57,972 bases of DNA, filler included, from Diploschistes diacapsis (GCA_023645945.1; 4 parts of 4 records of this genome joined end to end with filler, not necessarily neighbours in it); one strand, 5' to 3'. Numbered from the whole stretch's first letter, positions 23,608 through 36,761 are shown. A program made the numbers and translations. Notes: generated by a model from the sequence alone, not told the origin.

Positions 23608-24348
23608 TTAGACAACATTTTTCTGCAGCCACTCCTCCCACTGTTCAGCCGTGAAGCTACTTGAGATGCTCTTTTCCTCAATACCCTACTAACAATGAGC
23701 TCCACGCTTTTGGCAACAATGGTACAGCTTACATTGAACAGCACCGTGGGCGTAACATGTACCCCTGTCAACCGATTCGCCTTCACCATCTGCTTGATAT
23801 CGTCCGTCACACGATTCCCACCGTTCAAAGCCCCATCCTTATCCGGCCGGTCGCTAACCTGCAACAAGTCATAGACCTCCCCTTCATCGACACCCGCCCG
23901 CGCCGCCAGGTCCGACAGCCGCCGATACGTCTGGTTCCTTGTCTCGTGCACGACATTCACGTCAAAGTATTCCTTCTGGTGCTCGAACAGCCTGGTGCTG
24001 AAACCGACAAACTTATCCGGCGCTATTCTCAGCACGGCGGCGGCGGCCTCGTGCGCGAGCGTGGAGGAAGGATGCCAGGGCTGGATCTGCTGGCGGAGGA
24101 TGAAGCGAACCTTGGAGGGATATTTCTTGTACAGGGTCGGGAAGACGGAGGAGTGGAGGGTCAGCCACATCTTGGCGGAGAAGGGGCAGACGTAGTCGAG
24201 GTCTGGAGCCTTCATGATAAGCTTACGGGGCCCTTGTTTGATAGAGGGGCCGGGCTTGGGCTCACTCACAGAGCTCGACGGTGTGCAAGGTCTGGGGAGA
24301 GGAGGCGGAGGAGATCTCCTGGCCCGCGAATTTGGGTGGCAAGGCCAT
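23608..24348 (-). CDS. Thioredoxin-fold (DsbA-like) conserved fungal protein
   Basis: MALPPKFAGQ..., LDYVCPFSAK, RQQIQPWHPSS, GVHVTPTVLFNG (cis-Pro loop); two introns. Confidence 0.85.
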
Positions 24349-24729
24349 GACGGCTGCGGCGGCGGGTGAGCTGATGTGTGATTATGTTTTGGAGTTGGGG
24401 TGCAAAGGCGAAGTTGGGGAAGAGCAAGTTGTGAGGGTGGACGGTTTGCTTAAAGCTTTTAAATTGGGCGAATCCATGCCCCTCAGACGTTACATTTTCC
24501 CACGCTTGCTTGCGTCATTTAATGTCTCTGTATCTGCACGGACGCCGTTGTCACCACCCTATCTGGCGCACTAATTCCCACATATCTAGTAAGGAACCAT
24601 TGAAAAGGCTAACTTTAATCATCCTTTGACTTTTCTCCTTCTCTCATTGTAAAACAAACTTTTCGGCCGAGAGCCTGCAGATTGCGTAGGTGAGCGCGAG
24701 CGTACATAACTGCATCCCAAATTACGAAT

Positions 24730-24863
24730 CCGTTGAATCGGGTTTATGTGTGGGCTTGTTCTGCTCTTGCTTCTCCAGATGTGCATGAGGTCGGTCCATC
24801 AACACATGACAACTGTTTAGGTCCCAGGGTGCTTGATGCCTGAACCATTACGGTTGGACAGCC
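24730..24863 (+). ncRNA. Candidate intronic box H/ACA snoRNA
   Basis: Lies inside an intron-like segment 24690-24900 (GTGAGC...GCTGAG...CAG) of an ORF-less region. Layout: hairpin, ACATGA H-box (24804-24809), hairpin (caactgt/acggttg lower stem with internal pocket), ACA (24858-24860) 15 nt after the pocket top. Target not identified. Confidence 0.35.
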
Positions 24864-25690
24864 CAAGCTCTTCATATCTGATATATAAGCTGAGTTCCAG
24901 GCTTACTACCTACTATTAGAAGGTTCAGGAGACCGTCACTTATTTGTCGGCAATGAAGTGCAACGTCGGATGCTCGTATGACAGATCTGCAGATTAAGAG
25001 GCGCGAGGGCAATTGAGATTACTAGGTCGTTAAATCAAGTCGTTGCATTACTTGGCTTGCCTGATGCTGCAGAATAGCTGGAAATCGAGAAACCTTCTCT
25101 TCTATTTTGGGACTAGTTTGCTTTATGTTTTGAATACGGGTATCGCTTCCCGGTCGCTTTGTTTTAAAACGAGCAGCGCTTAGCTCGTTTTGGTAAGCCA
25201 AATGTACTTGCTATGGATCCACGTCCCCAGGTCCATGGTAAAACGAATACGGCTATAAAGTGTTCTTCTAGCTAGTATTTAGAATACGCCCAGGACGGCG
25301 CATTATCACTGCGCATTTCAAACTTCCAGCAGCGAGTGCAAAGGATGTAAACTACATCAGTCTACCCCAAATTGCATTATCATTTGTAAAGAGAGCCGTG
25401 CTTCTTCATAAGTTTTGCACTTCGGACTATCAAGCGCAGTAAGTTAGACCTAAGGTAGCCAGCATTCTTGCAGCTTGGTAGCCTAGCTTTTCTACTCGGT
25501 TATTTCTGATGCGCAGGTATCAATATTTATCAAGCAATATGGATAACAATGGCTGTTAGGTACTGCTGAAGGTGCAGCTTGCAGTAGCACCCGCAGCAGG
25601 TAGATAGTTCTAGTAGCAGCAAATAGAGTCTTCTAGTTGCAATAATTAAGCAAGTTTAAGTTCCCTAAAGGAAGTCATGCGCTACCTTGT

Positions 25691-27390
25691 CTAAGCAAGG
25701 GTCTTTTCAACCATGAATATCCCGTACTTCAGAAGCTCAGTTCGAAGGGGTTTAGCTAGCTCCTCAGTCACTGGCGCAAGGATTCCTGGCTTATTGATAC
25801 GGCCATCGAGGATTAACTAAAAAGCTCTAAGTAAGTAAGAAAATTACGAATAGGGATAATAGGGATACTAACCAATGTTGCTACAGCACATGGTACTGAA
25901 AAATATCGTTAGTCGCTACAGATCTACATGAAAAATTAAACTCACCTCCAACAAGTTTAGCCATTGCACTGTAATGACCGGGCGATCCATATTCACAAAG
26001 GGTTGACGTTCTTGTCTCTTTCGTATTGTCCTTATGCTCGATCTCGAATTTGTGTTGAAGCATTACCATATCCCTTTGCCCTTCTTCATATTGCATTTTC
26101 TGCTCCAGAGTAGCACACAAGGTGTCAAGCGGGGTGCCTTTCGGTTGAATAAACTCTTTGTTGGAGAAAATTCCAATCCAGCGAAGTCCAGCAAGAATAT
26201 GTTCTTTCTTAGTATTGGTTTCGAATTTCACCTTAGACTCAATAGCCTCCATCAGATCAGACTCCTTATCAGAGGAGGAGCCCAGAAGATTCTGCGTGAC
26301 TTTGGACCAGAGTATTGGCTCAGTAAGAAAATCATACTTGTTTTCTGAGAGGAAACCAATATCGACAAGAACACTTATGAAGTCTGAGAATCCTTGATAC
26401 CGCAGCGTGCCACGGATCACGTTCCTAGCCTCAGGGATGGCATAGCGTTTGCTATATGAAGTGGAATCGCCTGGCTGTTTTTTAATATAACAAAAAGGAT
26501 CTTGGACAAAAACTCACGATTTGGATATGCCTGGAAAGCGAATCCAGTATAGCCTGTGAAATATGGCTTTGCGGTGGACATCAAATTTTCTCCAGAAACC
26601 TCCATAACCTCTCCATCTTCCAGCCATTTGCCAGCATTGCGCAGACCGAGCAATACTCCTCGTGGGCTCCATGAGAAGCGATACCCCAGAGGATTCTGCA
26701 AGCATATTAGCTTATCTTTCAGCAGTGTTAATAATACTCACATCGCTGGCTTCTGGGGCAGGAAGCCCGCCACAATAGGACAAGAAGCTGAGGATCTTCC
26801 CGCCTTCCTTATGACTAAGAGAAATCAGTCCCAGAATCAGTATATGGCGAAATCAAAGATGTACACCTCATCAATCATCTTGACCGCATATAAATGATCG
26901 ATGCCCGGATCGAGGCCGATCTCGTTCATGACGGTAATTCCAGCTTCCTTTGTTTCCTTGTCCAGCTCGGCCATTGCTGGAGAGATATAGCTGGTCGTCA
27001 CGACGTGCTTTTTGGATTTGATCGCTGACCTGACAACTGCGACATGATGGCTATATGGGATCAAGCTTACAACTAGGTTGTGCTTTGCAACCTCTTCGTC
27101 CAGTGCGGTACTGTCATTGACATCAAGGGAGATTGGCGTTGTGTGAGGAATGCCTTGTGCGAGCCTCTGGGCATTCTCCAATTCTCGAGAAGCTAATTTA
27201 TTAGTCACGAACCTCGTTCGTGTCTAATGGAGAGCATACCAACGGTCACAGATATTCCAGCATCGCTAAGAACCTGCACTGTGGGTTTAGTCACAAATCC
27301 TGACCCCAAAAGGAGCACTTTCCTATAGAATCTGTTAGTCCTTATAGGTCCTCTTTCAATACGGAAACGAACAGCTTACTTTGTAGACAT
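25691..27390 (-). CDS. LYS9: Saccharopine dehydrogenase (NADP+, L-glutamate-forming), lysine biosynthesis
   Basis: KVLLLGSGFVTKP, VVTTSYISP, MNEIGLDPGIDHLYAVK, NPLGYRFSWSPRGVLL, IRGTLRYQGF, DMVMLQHKFEIE, SAMAKLVGVPCAVA; multiple introns. Confidence 0.96.
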
Positions 27391-27811
27391 CGTGGATAAT
27401 ATGGGATGTGGAAAATTCTTTCTCAATTAAGATTTTCAGTCAAGCACTGTGTAAACGCCCTGCGGGGTTCAGCCACTCCCATTGGGCAGGTTCCGCTCAC
27501 CACGTGTTCTTCCGCTGAATAAACACTCCTGGGTAGCTGAAGGTCGAGACTTTTCTCAACTCTAAAAGTAAAAATTGCCCCTGTCAGCTCAATATAAAAC
27601 TCGTCAGTCAAGACGCCAAGGCGGCGGCAAATCCCCCCCATCAAGATTGATGACAAAGAAGCAACCTAGACCTAATCAGGCAACGCTTAACTTTCTAAGG
27701 AAATCCGGTCCGCGAGCGGAAGATTTCCGCTCAAGCTTCGACTTCTCGAGACCAGAATCGAGGATACTGAAGTATCATTTAAAGACCGAATGAGCGACTT
27801 GCAGGGCCGCC

Positions 27812-28433
27812 ATGTCTCCTGCACTGGCCGTCCCAACTGTGACTGAGGTGAATTCTTCTGCTCATACTCCTGTAATTGCTCATTAACAATAGGCAGGAGG
27901 ACCTTCTCGCCTTCCATGCTAGAACTTTCGGAAGGAGCTTTTCAGTCAGAAATACCGAATACGGCTCTGGAGGGCCTTGCCATGCGGAAGATGAAGAGGA
28001 TGAATATCTAGGCTACTATCCGGATGGCGTCAAGCGCACACTAACAGATCAGCAAATTGAGATCTTCCGGCACAGCGAGATTCACAGCCTGCGAAGGCAG
28101 GAAGAGCTTGCTCGAGAAGCACTATCCGACGGCCAAGTTGAAAGTATTGATGCAGAATCCACAAAAGAACTCTTTAAAGAGTCACCTAAAGCAGAAACGC
28201 AGCAATCGCTCATGGAGACCGCAGAGAGCGCAGGGGTATTGGAAGCTGAAGATGATGAAGAGGAATACGCTCGATTCTTGGAGAAGGAGCGGAAGGAATT
28301 CGCCGACGCTGCTGCTAAGCAGAGAGAGCAGAAGAGGGAAGGGCATCAGTGGGGTGACCGTACAAGATCTACAAGAAGAAAAGTAAGGGAAATGGACGCG
28401 GTGGCCGAGGCCGAGGTTGTGCTGGACTACTAA
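27812..28433 (+). CDS. DUF3807 family protein
   Basis: MSPALAVPTVTE|EDLLAFHARTF (one intron) and LGYYPDGVKRTLTDQQIEIFRHSEI signature. Confidence 0.85.
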
Positions 28434-29508
28434 ACCGTAAAGCCAACGAGTGGATAACTGGATAAATACATGCCGGCGTAGGCTCAAGGCAACTCGCCAT
28501 GTATGGAGAACCTCCCAAGGTTGAACCATTGCTTGGTAAGCACTTTGCATCTCGTTCCTATCTGTTTCTTAAAGATGAGAACTCATCATCAGTCATCCTT
28601 AGGCGGACACCTGTTCGTTACGAAGCTCCCCAACGGACTCTGTGTTCTGAGGCAAGGCTCGAATGCTCAGGGTATGGCGACTTAATCTTCTCTCTGAACC
28701 CAAAGAAATGTTCAATTCACTTTCAATAAATCTGTTCCTTGTCGCCGCAGGCTAACAAAAGTATACAGGCTTGGCTCGCCGCACTTGTGTGCAATACACC
28801 GGAGAGGTATCATGTCGCGCTCCGTGGAACCTTACCCTGCAGACGGAGACGCTTCAGCCCAGGGCGGGTTGAAGAAGGACCAGAGGCAGCGACAATAAGC
28901 GCGACGCACCTTGAAAGAGGGCAACAGAAAACACTAGTGTTCTAGCAACTATGCTCTTTAAGAGAATGGGAAATGCCTGATCAATGTGCTAGCGCAGTGC
29001 GTTCTCAAGCTCAAGTCAGCGACAGCACAGAAGGCCCTCTTGGCGAGGCACCAAAACCGCAATTTACATGTCTGGACATTGCCCTCTGGGTGATACTCGC
29101 TAATCACCCATCCCATTCTTTCACATTGTTCGCCTCGAAGCGCAAGAATGGAATAAATCACATGAAACAAGAGGAAGTATGCAGGGACGAGTTACTAATC
29201 CCATCTAGGATCTTCTCGACTCGGGAGTTTGATATCCAAAGCTAAGATCATGGAAAATGGAGCTATTATTATGACAATGGTATAACAATCTAAGAGTGAT
29301 CATACCCCATAATTGTTATTATGCCCATACTCGTATTGCCTCATGTTGAAAAGAATATCAATCACTCGTGGAAACGGAGGTAATTTGAGCCATAGTAGTT
29401 GGTATTGTGCGGTCTATGTAGCGTGTCATACTATCGACACAATTTCCTTATGCCCTTAATCCTTCATCCGCTATGATACATCATGTAACAAACACTTGTG
29501 CAACATAC

Positions 29509-30680
29509 TCACGTAGTAGCCTTTGCCCTCGCCCTCTGCACCTGCGCTCTGGGCACCGGCAGCATCGGTTGCAACTTCCTCGCCAACGATGCCTCGTCCT
29601 TCCCAAAGTACGTCTCGTTCCTCCTCGTCTGCCTGATGATATTCCGCAGCAGCCCCTTCTGCGCCGGATCTACAGGCGCGCTATACTTGCCTTCCAACAA
29701 CTTGTTGACGAAAGCGTTCCTATCCTCCTCGCTCAGCCCCTCGAATCCCGGCTCTTCCGCTTCGACCACCTCGCTCTTCTTCTCCGACAGTCGCTGTGCC
29801 CGTTTCGTGGCACGCCGGTAGGCCATCCCCAGCACGGCCTCCTTCTCCTCCGCCGAGCGGAAGTACACGTACGAGCCCTCGAGTAACTGGCCCGCGAGAT
29901 CGAAGATGCGAGTGCTATCCGTTCGGCTGTGGTCTGACTCGGCAATGGCCATGAGCGAGCCATGCACTATGGCCGAAGTGCCAAAGTCCCCCAGCGCAAC
30001 GCGAGGGCACAGACCTAGCAGTGTCTCGGGGGTCGGGACATCGATCTTGGCCGGCTTGGCCGTCGTCCGTTCTAGCTCTTTCTGCTTCTCGTATGCTATT
30101 TCTGCTGGTGACTTCGAAGGCCCCTTTTCCGCGTCCGCTGCATCCTCTTCGTCGGCGTATTTCCTTGCGCTGGCTGACCGTCGTCTTGCAAGGCCGCCTG
30201 GGCGCGGGCCCCGTCCCTTTGGACCAGGGCGTGAAAAAGGTCGTCCGGTAGATCTTGTGTCTGCCTTGAATTTTGAGTTGGGGAATGGAGACGGGCGGCC
30301 GCCGGATGTAGCTCCCATTCTGCGAAGATCGAGGACGGCGGGCACGGAATTACTCGGTTCTTGATTGAGGTTTATCGAGCGAAAAGCTGTGCCTGAGTGA
30401 TTTCCACCATCAATGGGAGTGGCGGCTCCCCTCGTTCGCCGTATAAGATTTGATTGCATGTTTTGCACAGCGGCAACGCCTTCGACTCGGGCACGAGCTG
30501 CTCGCGACAGTGGGGGTTCGGGGCGTCCTGTTACTGATTAGGTCTTGAGTTTGTGACGTAGATATAGCTGGCGCGTATACCATGCTCTGGAGCTACATTG
30601 GTCGAGTACCTCAGCCATGACTGGGCGGAGCTTGCGGGCTGTCGCTGGCACCATCGTGTGGAAGCTGCGAGCTTCACCAT
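29509..30680 (-). CDS. Hypothetical protein, probably mitochondrial (basic presequence, Arg/Gly-rich segment)
   Basis: ATG 30680 MVKLAASTRWCQRQ...WLRYSTN; intron ~30579-30529 (GTATAC...CTAAT...CAG); long GC3-rich exon ending TRRNETY...LARKLQPMLP. Confidence 0.65.
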
Positions 30681-30919
30681 GTTCATTGACCCAACACAGG
30701 TGCTGGAACGCTCACCGGCCTACTGCTTCAAATGTTCAAGCTGGCCAGTGGTGGTGGTGAATTTAACAGCAATGATTAAGTCCGCAGAAATTTGCTTATA
30801 TCCCGCGGAGCTTCTTTGGGTATATGCTATTCTGCCTACTGTAAAATTGTGTAACATATTTAGTGGCGCCCTAGTAATGCATTCTGCCTAGCTCGCTGTG
30901 GCTCTGCCAGGTACCTAGA

Positions 30920-31836
30920 TCTCTATATAATTTACATACAAATGTATATCACTTATAGAAATACGTAGAACTATATAGAATTAAATATAAAAGGAGTATA
31001 ATTTCATCATTATCGTGTCTATAATGACTTATAAAGTAAGTTATATAGCCATAAAGACTATATAGCAAAAAGAAATAAATACTAAAGCACCAAAAGGTGC
31101 TTAAAATGCTCTAAAAACAGCTTAAAAGCGTGCTTTTGGGCCCTTCATAACCTTCTTTATGCCGTGCTCCTCCTTCTCCGCCCATTATGCCCCCCTCCGC
31201 TCCTCCTCCGCCCATTATGCTCCCCTCCGCTCCTCCTCCATCTCCGCGTCTGGTCGTGGTGGTAGGTGACCATGAAAGTCACCTAAAGCTCGTAGAAACT
31301 GGCCTATCAGGGCCTCCCTATCCTCCCGAGGTGCTCTCTCCGCCGCGCGCTCCCAGTCGTAGAAGGAGGCTTAAATATTCTCGAGGATCTCCCTAACCTG
31401 CGCGTAGTTAGTAAACAATGCCCCTAAATGGGGCGACAACATACCTGTAGCCGGCGCTCCTGCGGATCGCGATGGCCATACCACAGGCCACGCGATCCCG
31501 CGTCATCTTCCTGCTCTATATATCGACACTGCGCGCAGCAGGTCTCGATTCGGCATCGCCGCTGCGCCAATGGCGGCAGCGATACCACGTGGTGCTTCCA
31601 GACGTCCTGTTGGACGTCCAGAAGTTATCCACGTATGGCCAAAGCGCGTCAAAATCCGCCACGGTCACCCGCAGGGTGTCCGCGACGGCAAAGAAACGCG
31701 CCCTCCACGCCGGGAGGTCCGCAGGGAAGCTGTAAAGCCTCCCCGCAGCAGGCAGCGGCGGCAAAGGGGGGCGAGGGCGAGCGGGCGCGGCGGGCGCGGC
31801 GAGCGCGGCGAGGGCAGGCGAGGCAGGGGCGGTGGG
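30920..31836 (-). mobile_element. RIP-mutated, internally deleted Mutator-like (MULE) transposon remnant
   Basis: Minus-strand frame LWPYVDNFW...WYRCRHWR...(TAG)...VACGMAIAI resembles the WRKY/FAR1-like Zn-finger of MULE transposases. In-frame TAG (31516) and TAA (31371) fit CAG/CAA C-to-T mutation. TpA-rich AT tract at 30925-31135. Truncated at the contig gap. Confidence 0.55.
31166..31239. repeat. ~30-bp tandem repeat (ctcctcctccgcccattatgc...)
   Basis: About 2.3 imperfect copies visible directly in the sequence. Confidence 0.8.
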
Positions 31837-31936
31837 NNNNNNNNNNNNNNNNNNNNNNNNNNNNNNNNNNNNNNNNNNNNTTAATTAATTAANNNNNNNN
31901 NNNNNNNNNNNNNNNNNNNNNNNNNNNNNNNNNNNN
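31837..31936. other. Assembly linker (N44-TTAATTAATTAA-N44)
   Basis: Six-frame-stop spacer, identical at three places. Confidence 0.98.
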
Positions 31937-32203
31937 GGGGGGACGAGGGTGGGAAAAATGAGTGGGAGCAGAGGAAAGGAAGAACTCGGGGGGAGATATG
32001 CCCTCTATTATTGTATCATATCCCGTCCAGGCATTTCCATCCCCAAAGCAGCTAAGCGAACTTGATGACTTCCAAACCGCTAGGCCTTGGCACAAAATAC
32101 ACACATGTCCAACAACGAAACAAACCCACCCGCTGCATATCGCTCACAAAAGCCGGCAAAAGACCGCCGAACACAGTCTGCTCCTATCAACGCATGTATC
32201 GGA

Positions 32204-33235
32204 CTAGCCCATCTCCATCGCCTCCGCCTCTACCGTTGCTTTCCTCCGCCCCTCCGCCTGCTCTTCGACATGCGTACGCCCGATAGCGCCCCCAGGGTGA
32301 CACCGCTGAAACACGCTCCGCACGCCCTCTTCGACATCGGCGTGCAGCTCCTCGGCCACGCTCAGCGCCAGCGCGTCGCACACGGCCAGTGCGACGGTCG
32401 TGCTCGTCGTGGGCGCAGCGACGCCGAAGAGCTCCTTCTCGGGTACAGGGACGGGGGCGGGGAGGACGATGGACGGCGCGGTTCGGGGGTGCAGGGTGAA
32501 TAGTGGATTCGACGGGGCGTGCGGGTGACCTGTTATGGCAATGACAGGGTTGTGGGAGACGTATGGGAGGAGGTGGTGGAGCTCGGTCGTTGCGGAGGAG
32601 TGGCTCAGGAGTACAAGGGTGTCGTTCTGAAGGGGTAGGTTAGCCGATGTCGGAGGGGATGGGGATTTGGCGATGGAGAGCAGGTGTTTAAGAGGCAACT
32701 GGGCCTCAAGACCAAAATCGGTAGATCAAGAACTTACGGAGCCGATGACGCCCAAGTCGCCGTGTAGCGCTTCGGTTGGGTGCAGCCACGCAGCGACTAT
32801 CTGCAGGCTGTTGCACGTCGCAACAAACTTCTGCCCAATCTTTCCGCTCTTCCCCACGCCGCTGACGACGAGCTTGCCTCTCTTTCGCATCGTCTGTGCT
32901 ATCTGAGCAACGGCAGTCGCGAAGCTTTCCTGCGCCTCGGTCGAGGTGGCATAGACATGGTGCAAATGGGCAACGGCGTCGCGCTCGGCTGCAAGCACAT
33001 GAAGGCCGCTGAGCACGGCGGCTGAGGGACCGAGCTTCGTGCCTCCAACCTGCGATCGTGAGTCTGCAGTGTTTTGTGAGCCTGCTGGCGAAGGAGGAGT
33101 GATGGGGCCGGCGATGGGTTCGATGGGTTCGATGGTTTCTTTCACGTGCGGGAGGAGAGTGGGGTGCATGGGCGAATCGGGTGTGAGAGGAAAGCAGCGG
33201 TTCCCAAAGTGGGAGGTTTTTGTGGGCTCGTCCAT
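32204..33235 (-). CDS. SIS-domain sugar-phosphate isomerase (KpsF/GutQ-like, no CBS domains)
   Basis: GKLVVSGVGKSGKIGQKFVAT, LHPTEALHGDLGVI, LLSHSSATTEL, APTTSTTVALAVCDALAL, FQRCHPGGAIG; intron 32737-32627. Confidence 0.9.
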
Positions 33236-34792
33236 TGTCCACAGCAAGTCGATACAATATTGCCTCACTCGACTGCGATCCAGCAAATCATTATGAAATG
33301 AAGTAAGAGAATTATCGAGAATCTAGAAGAGAGACGAGAAAAGCGCTTGAAAAGCACTGTAGATATACACTAAAACGTAAAACGGTTATATCTCAAATTG
33401 CTCGTAGGGCTTGTCGGACAACTTTTTCGAGTTACCCCCGAACAAAGCAAAAGATCTTATCCGATCCGGGAGCTTTTTAGAAAGCCAGATCCAAGCTAGA
33501 CAAAGGAGTCTGGCGCTAGAAGCACGGGTGAGCTTAACGGCCAGAGGGATTCAAGGGGCAAAAATACAAGCTATCATTTCAATTCGCGTCAACCCGTGCC
33601 CAAGAAAACTGCGTCAAAAGGAAAACAACCTGATGGCTAGGAAAAGTGATGACGAGCTCGATCTCGATGGGATAGCTGTTGTATGCACCAAGGGGCAAGC
33701 CGGCCCTTGAAGAGCCAGAATTTGTAATCGACAGACAGCCGAGAACGGGAGAAAGCACCGCAGTTGTTAGTTAGAAAATCACCGGCCTATCGTAAGCCAG
33801 CAGTCATGGCGGATGAGGATAGATAGTGGACGCATAGAATAGGGGAAGCGTAGTGTCCATGGCACTGGTAGAAATTTGGTTGTACTCCCTGGTTGTACTC
33901 CGTATAGCCCAAAAGAAATCAATCTCGTTTGGCACCTTGAGTGGATCAGCGTTTCAAGCAACAAAGAACGGTGAGCAAGTCGGGGGGGATCGTGGCCACC
34001 CAGCCAGGTCGAGAGATTACCTGGGTACTCGCACGCCATTGTCTAGAACCATTGACAGTGCATCCGTGGAAGGGTGTGTAGATGGAGGAACAGAAAGAAA
34101 GCAAAGGAAATGAAAAGGAGGAGGAGGGAAAAAATTCCATGACTGATTGAATGATTAAGGAAATGTGCGGCCGAGAACCCCGTCGCTTGTGGACTAGACC
34201 TGCCTTACAGCAAATGTGCAGTAGTACTATGCGAGCCGTGCATCTTCTTCATGCAGGGAATCTCAATCCCCTCCAACTCGACGGGCTCTATCTGATGCTT
34301 ATTATGGTAACCTGCTCCTCGGTCGAAGGTACAACCATGAAACATTCCAAATGGGCTTACGTGCATGGCTACTACCACAAGCGGAGAGGAGCCTTATCTT
34401 CAAGAGTCGTGAGGGTCTTTTGCCTTCCATGCACCTACCTGTGCATCACATAGAGTGCACTTGACTCGATGGAAGGTGTTCCTGTCGCCATTGGGAAGCT
34501 GGTATTTAGAATGTTGTGTCCGCGGCAGCAACAGGAAGAGGCACGTCTACACTGCAGATCTCGATGGGCTCTAGGCATGGGGGGTCTTGGATTGTCCCGA
34601 TGCATGGGGGTTGGCATCGGGCAGTCCCCTTTCCGCCTCTGAACTTGGTCTACGAGTACGGCATCGCAATGTCACCCACACTACTACTTCACACAGTTGA
34701 AGACATCAACCACTCGCATTCCTCTCAAGGATTTGATAAGGGTATTGTACAGATCAGCCCATCGTGATAAAAGCGAAAAGGCGATGGCGCGC

Positions 34793-36761
34793 TCAGGAGA
34801 CGCGAGTGAGGACGTCGAAGTAGCCTGCGTAGGTCCCATCAAGGGTGATCAATGGCCAGTCAAGCTGCTCGACTAAACGACTGTCCCCGGGTCCCAGGCG
34901 CAACATGGCCTCAGCCGACCGATCCCAGCTGCTCTTCTTCACCTTCAAGACGTTCGAAGCTTTCACCGCGAGTTCGGCTACCTTCTGGTTGGCCGCAGCA
35001 CGGACTGGAGCATTGTCGTCGCCATCTACCTTCGAGAGATCCAAGAGAGTCTTGAACGTAAGTGCTAGAGGATGGAAGTAATAGTGGGTGCTTGCAACTT
35101 TGAAATTCCCATCGTCGGTGTTCGCGTAGACCTTGTCGGCAAGGCTCGTTGACTCTTCCAGAATAATGTCGATGAAGTTAGGCTGCGTTCTCGCGTGGAC
35201 TCTTGCGTAGGCCAGTTCGACACAGTCGACCAGACCATGATACTCGGGGGAGAGGTACCGTCGGGATTTAGCGAAAGATGCCTCAAGGTTGCCGGCCGCG
35301 GGGTTTTCAACGAAAGCCATAACAACGTCGGCAAAATCGAAGAAAGTTACGGTGTGAGGGTCCAAGAATCCTACATCGCCCTGGCCTGGGAGCTCAATGT
35401 TCTTGACTGTGGGAAGAACCTCCCCGGTGCCCAATGCGTGGAATACAAGCAAGGTGCGAAGAGTGAGCGAAGTCATCCTCCCTAGCCTCGAGTATTCGAT
35501 ATTAGGTGCACCATCTTGGAACGCGTTCGGGGTCCCGCTCGGCGTCAGAATTCTCAAGCCCAAGCCATTATGCTCATCGCAGGCGCGTCGTAGCAAAACC
35601 TTCACGGATAGCTCCTCATTGTCGAGCGGGCCATAAGCTTGACGAGCTATTATGAGTAGGATTATTGCCTGTAGACGAATGAGCGAACCTTCCTTTGCTT
35701 CTTTGATTGCCGTGATCGCGTTGATGAAGACTTGTTCCCGATCATGTTCTTCGAAAACAGCATTCAAAGAGAGGAATAATGCCTTGCGAGCCTCGACGGT
35801 AGAATGTTCTGTCAGAATCTTTTCGAAGTCGCCGAATTTCAGAGGCAACAGGGGACATGTTGTCTTAAGGGACGAGGAGGTATACCTGGGTCAGTTAGTA
35901 GGGAGTTCGTGATGCCGTAATGGTACGCTTCACCTCGTGTATGCTACTTGATCGCTTAAACGCAGTGACAATGCATTCTGGACGCCTGATAGGCAGCTGA
36001 GGCGCTGGCGTTTGCGGGCCTGAAAGTCCTCTTCATCGTCCAACTGGTTGTTGGGGAGTCTATCACCCAGGGCCTGCTTGATCAAACGGCGGTTCTCCAA
36101 AAGTTCCCTCTCTATGTCGCGGAAGTAATGGGCAGAACCTCTACTATAATCCACCAGATGCAAACGAGTGTAGACCCCCTCCTCACTGACTTTGTCCAAT
36201 TGGTCCTTCAAGTCGGTAATGTACCTTTTGACAGTTAGTCAGGTCCTTGCGAGATAACGAGGCCATCACCACTCACCCCTTGTTCGGGCCTCGTTTCTGC
36301 GGATCACGAAGATACGTGCAACCAGCGTTAGGCCCATCCTTTGCGCAAGGGCCACAGGGTTTTCCGGATTCCGCATCACCTTCCAAACACTTGATCTTTC
36401 ATCCCATACGGTTAGCGGAGTCTGCTGGTCGGAGCGTGCAACTTACCTTCTTCCTGCGACATGGATCGCAAGCGCGGGTCACCTTGGACGGTTTTCCAAT
36501 CTTCCGTCTACCATCTTCACTTTCATGGTCACCACTAGGCGGGGTAGCTGGCTGCTGGTACGTAGCATTCTGCGCGCCATACGCGTCGGTTTGTGCTTGG
36601 GGGTATTGGCTAAAGCCATTCTGGATTGGACCAGCGCCGATATGTCCATGGAATCGAGCCGGAATCGAGAGGCTAGGTATTTGTGGCGAGGGTGCACTCT
36701 GCTCGTCCTCGGGGTATGCTTCGGCCCCTTCCATGTTGCTGTAATACGGACCGCTTGACAT
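34793..36761 (-). CDS. Zn(II)2Cys6 transcription factor with an Rgt1-like DNA-binding region
   Basis: Spliced SKVTRACDPCRRKK|IKCLEGDAESGKPCGPCAKDGPNAGCTYLRDPQKRGPNKG|YITDLKDQL: six Cys plus a QKRGP linker as in Rgt1-type factors. Divergent C-terminal region. Confidence 0.85.
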
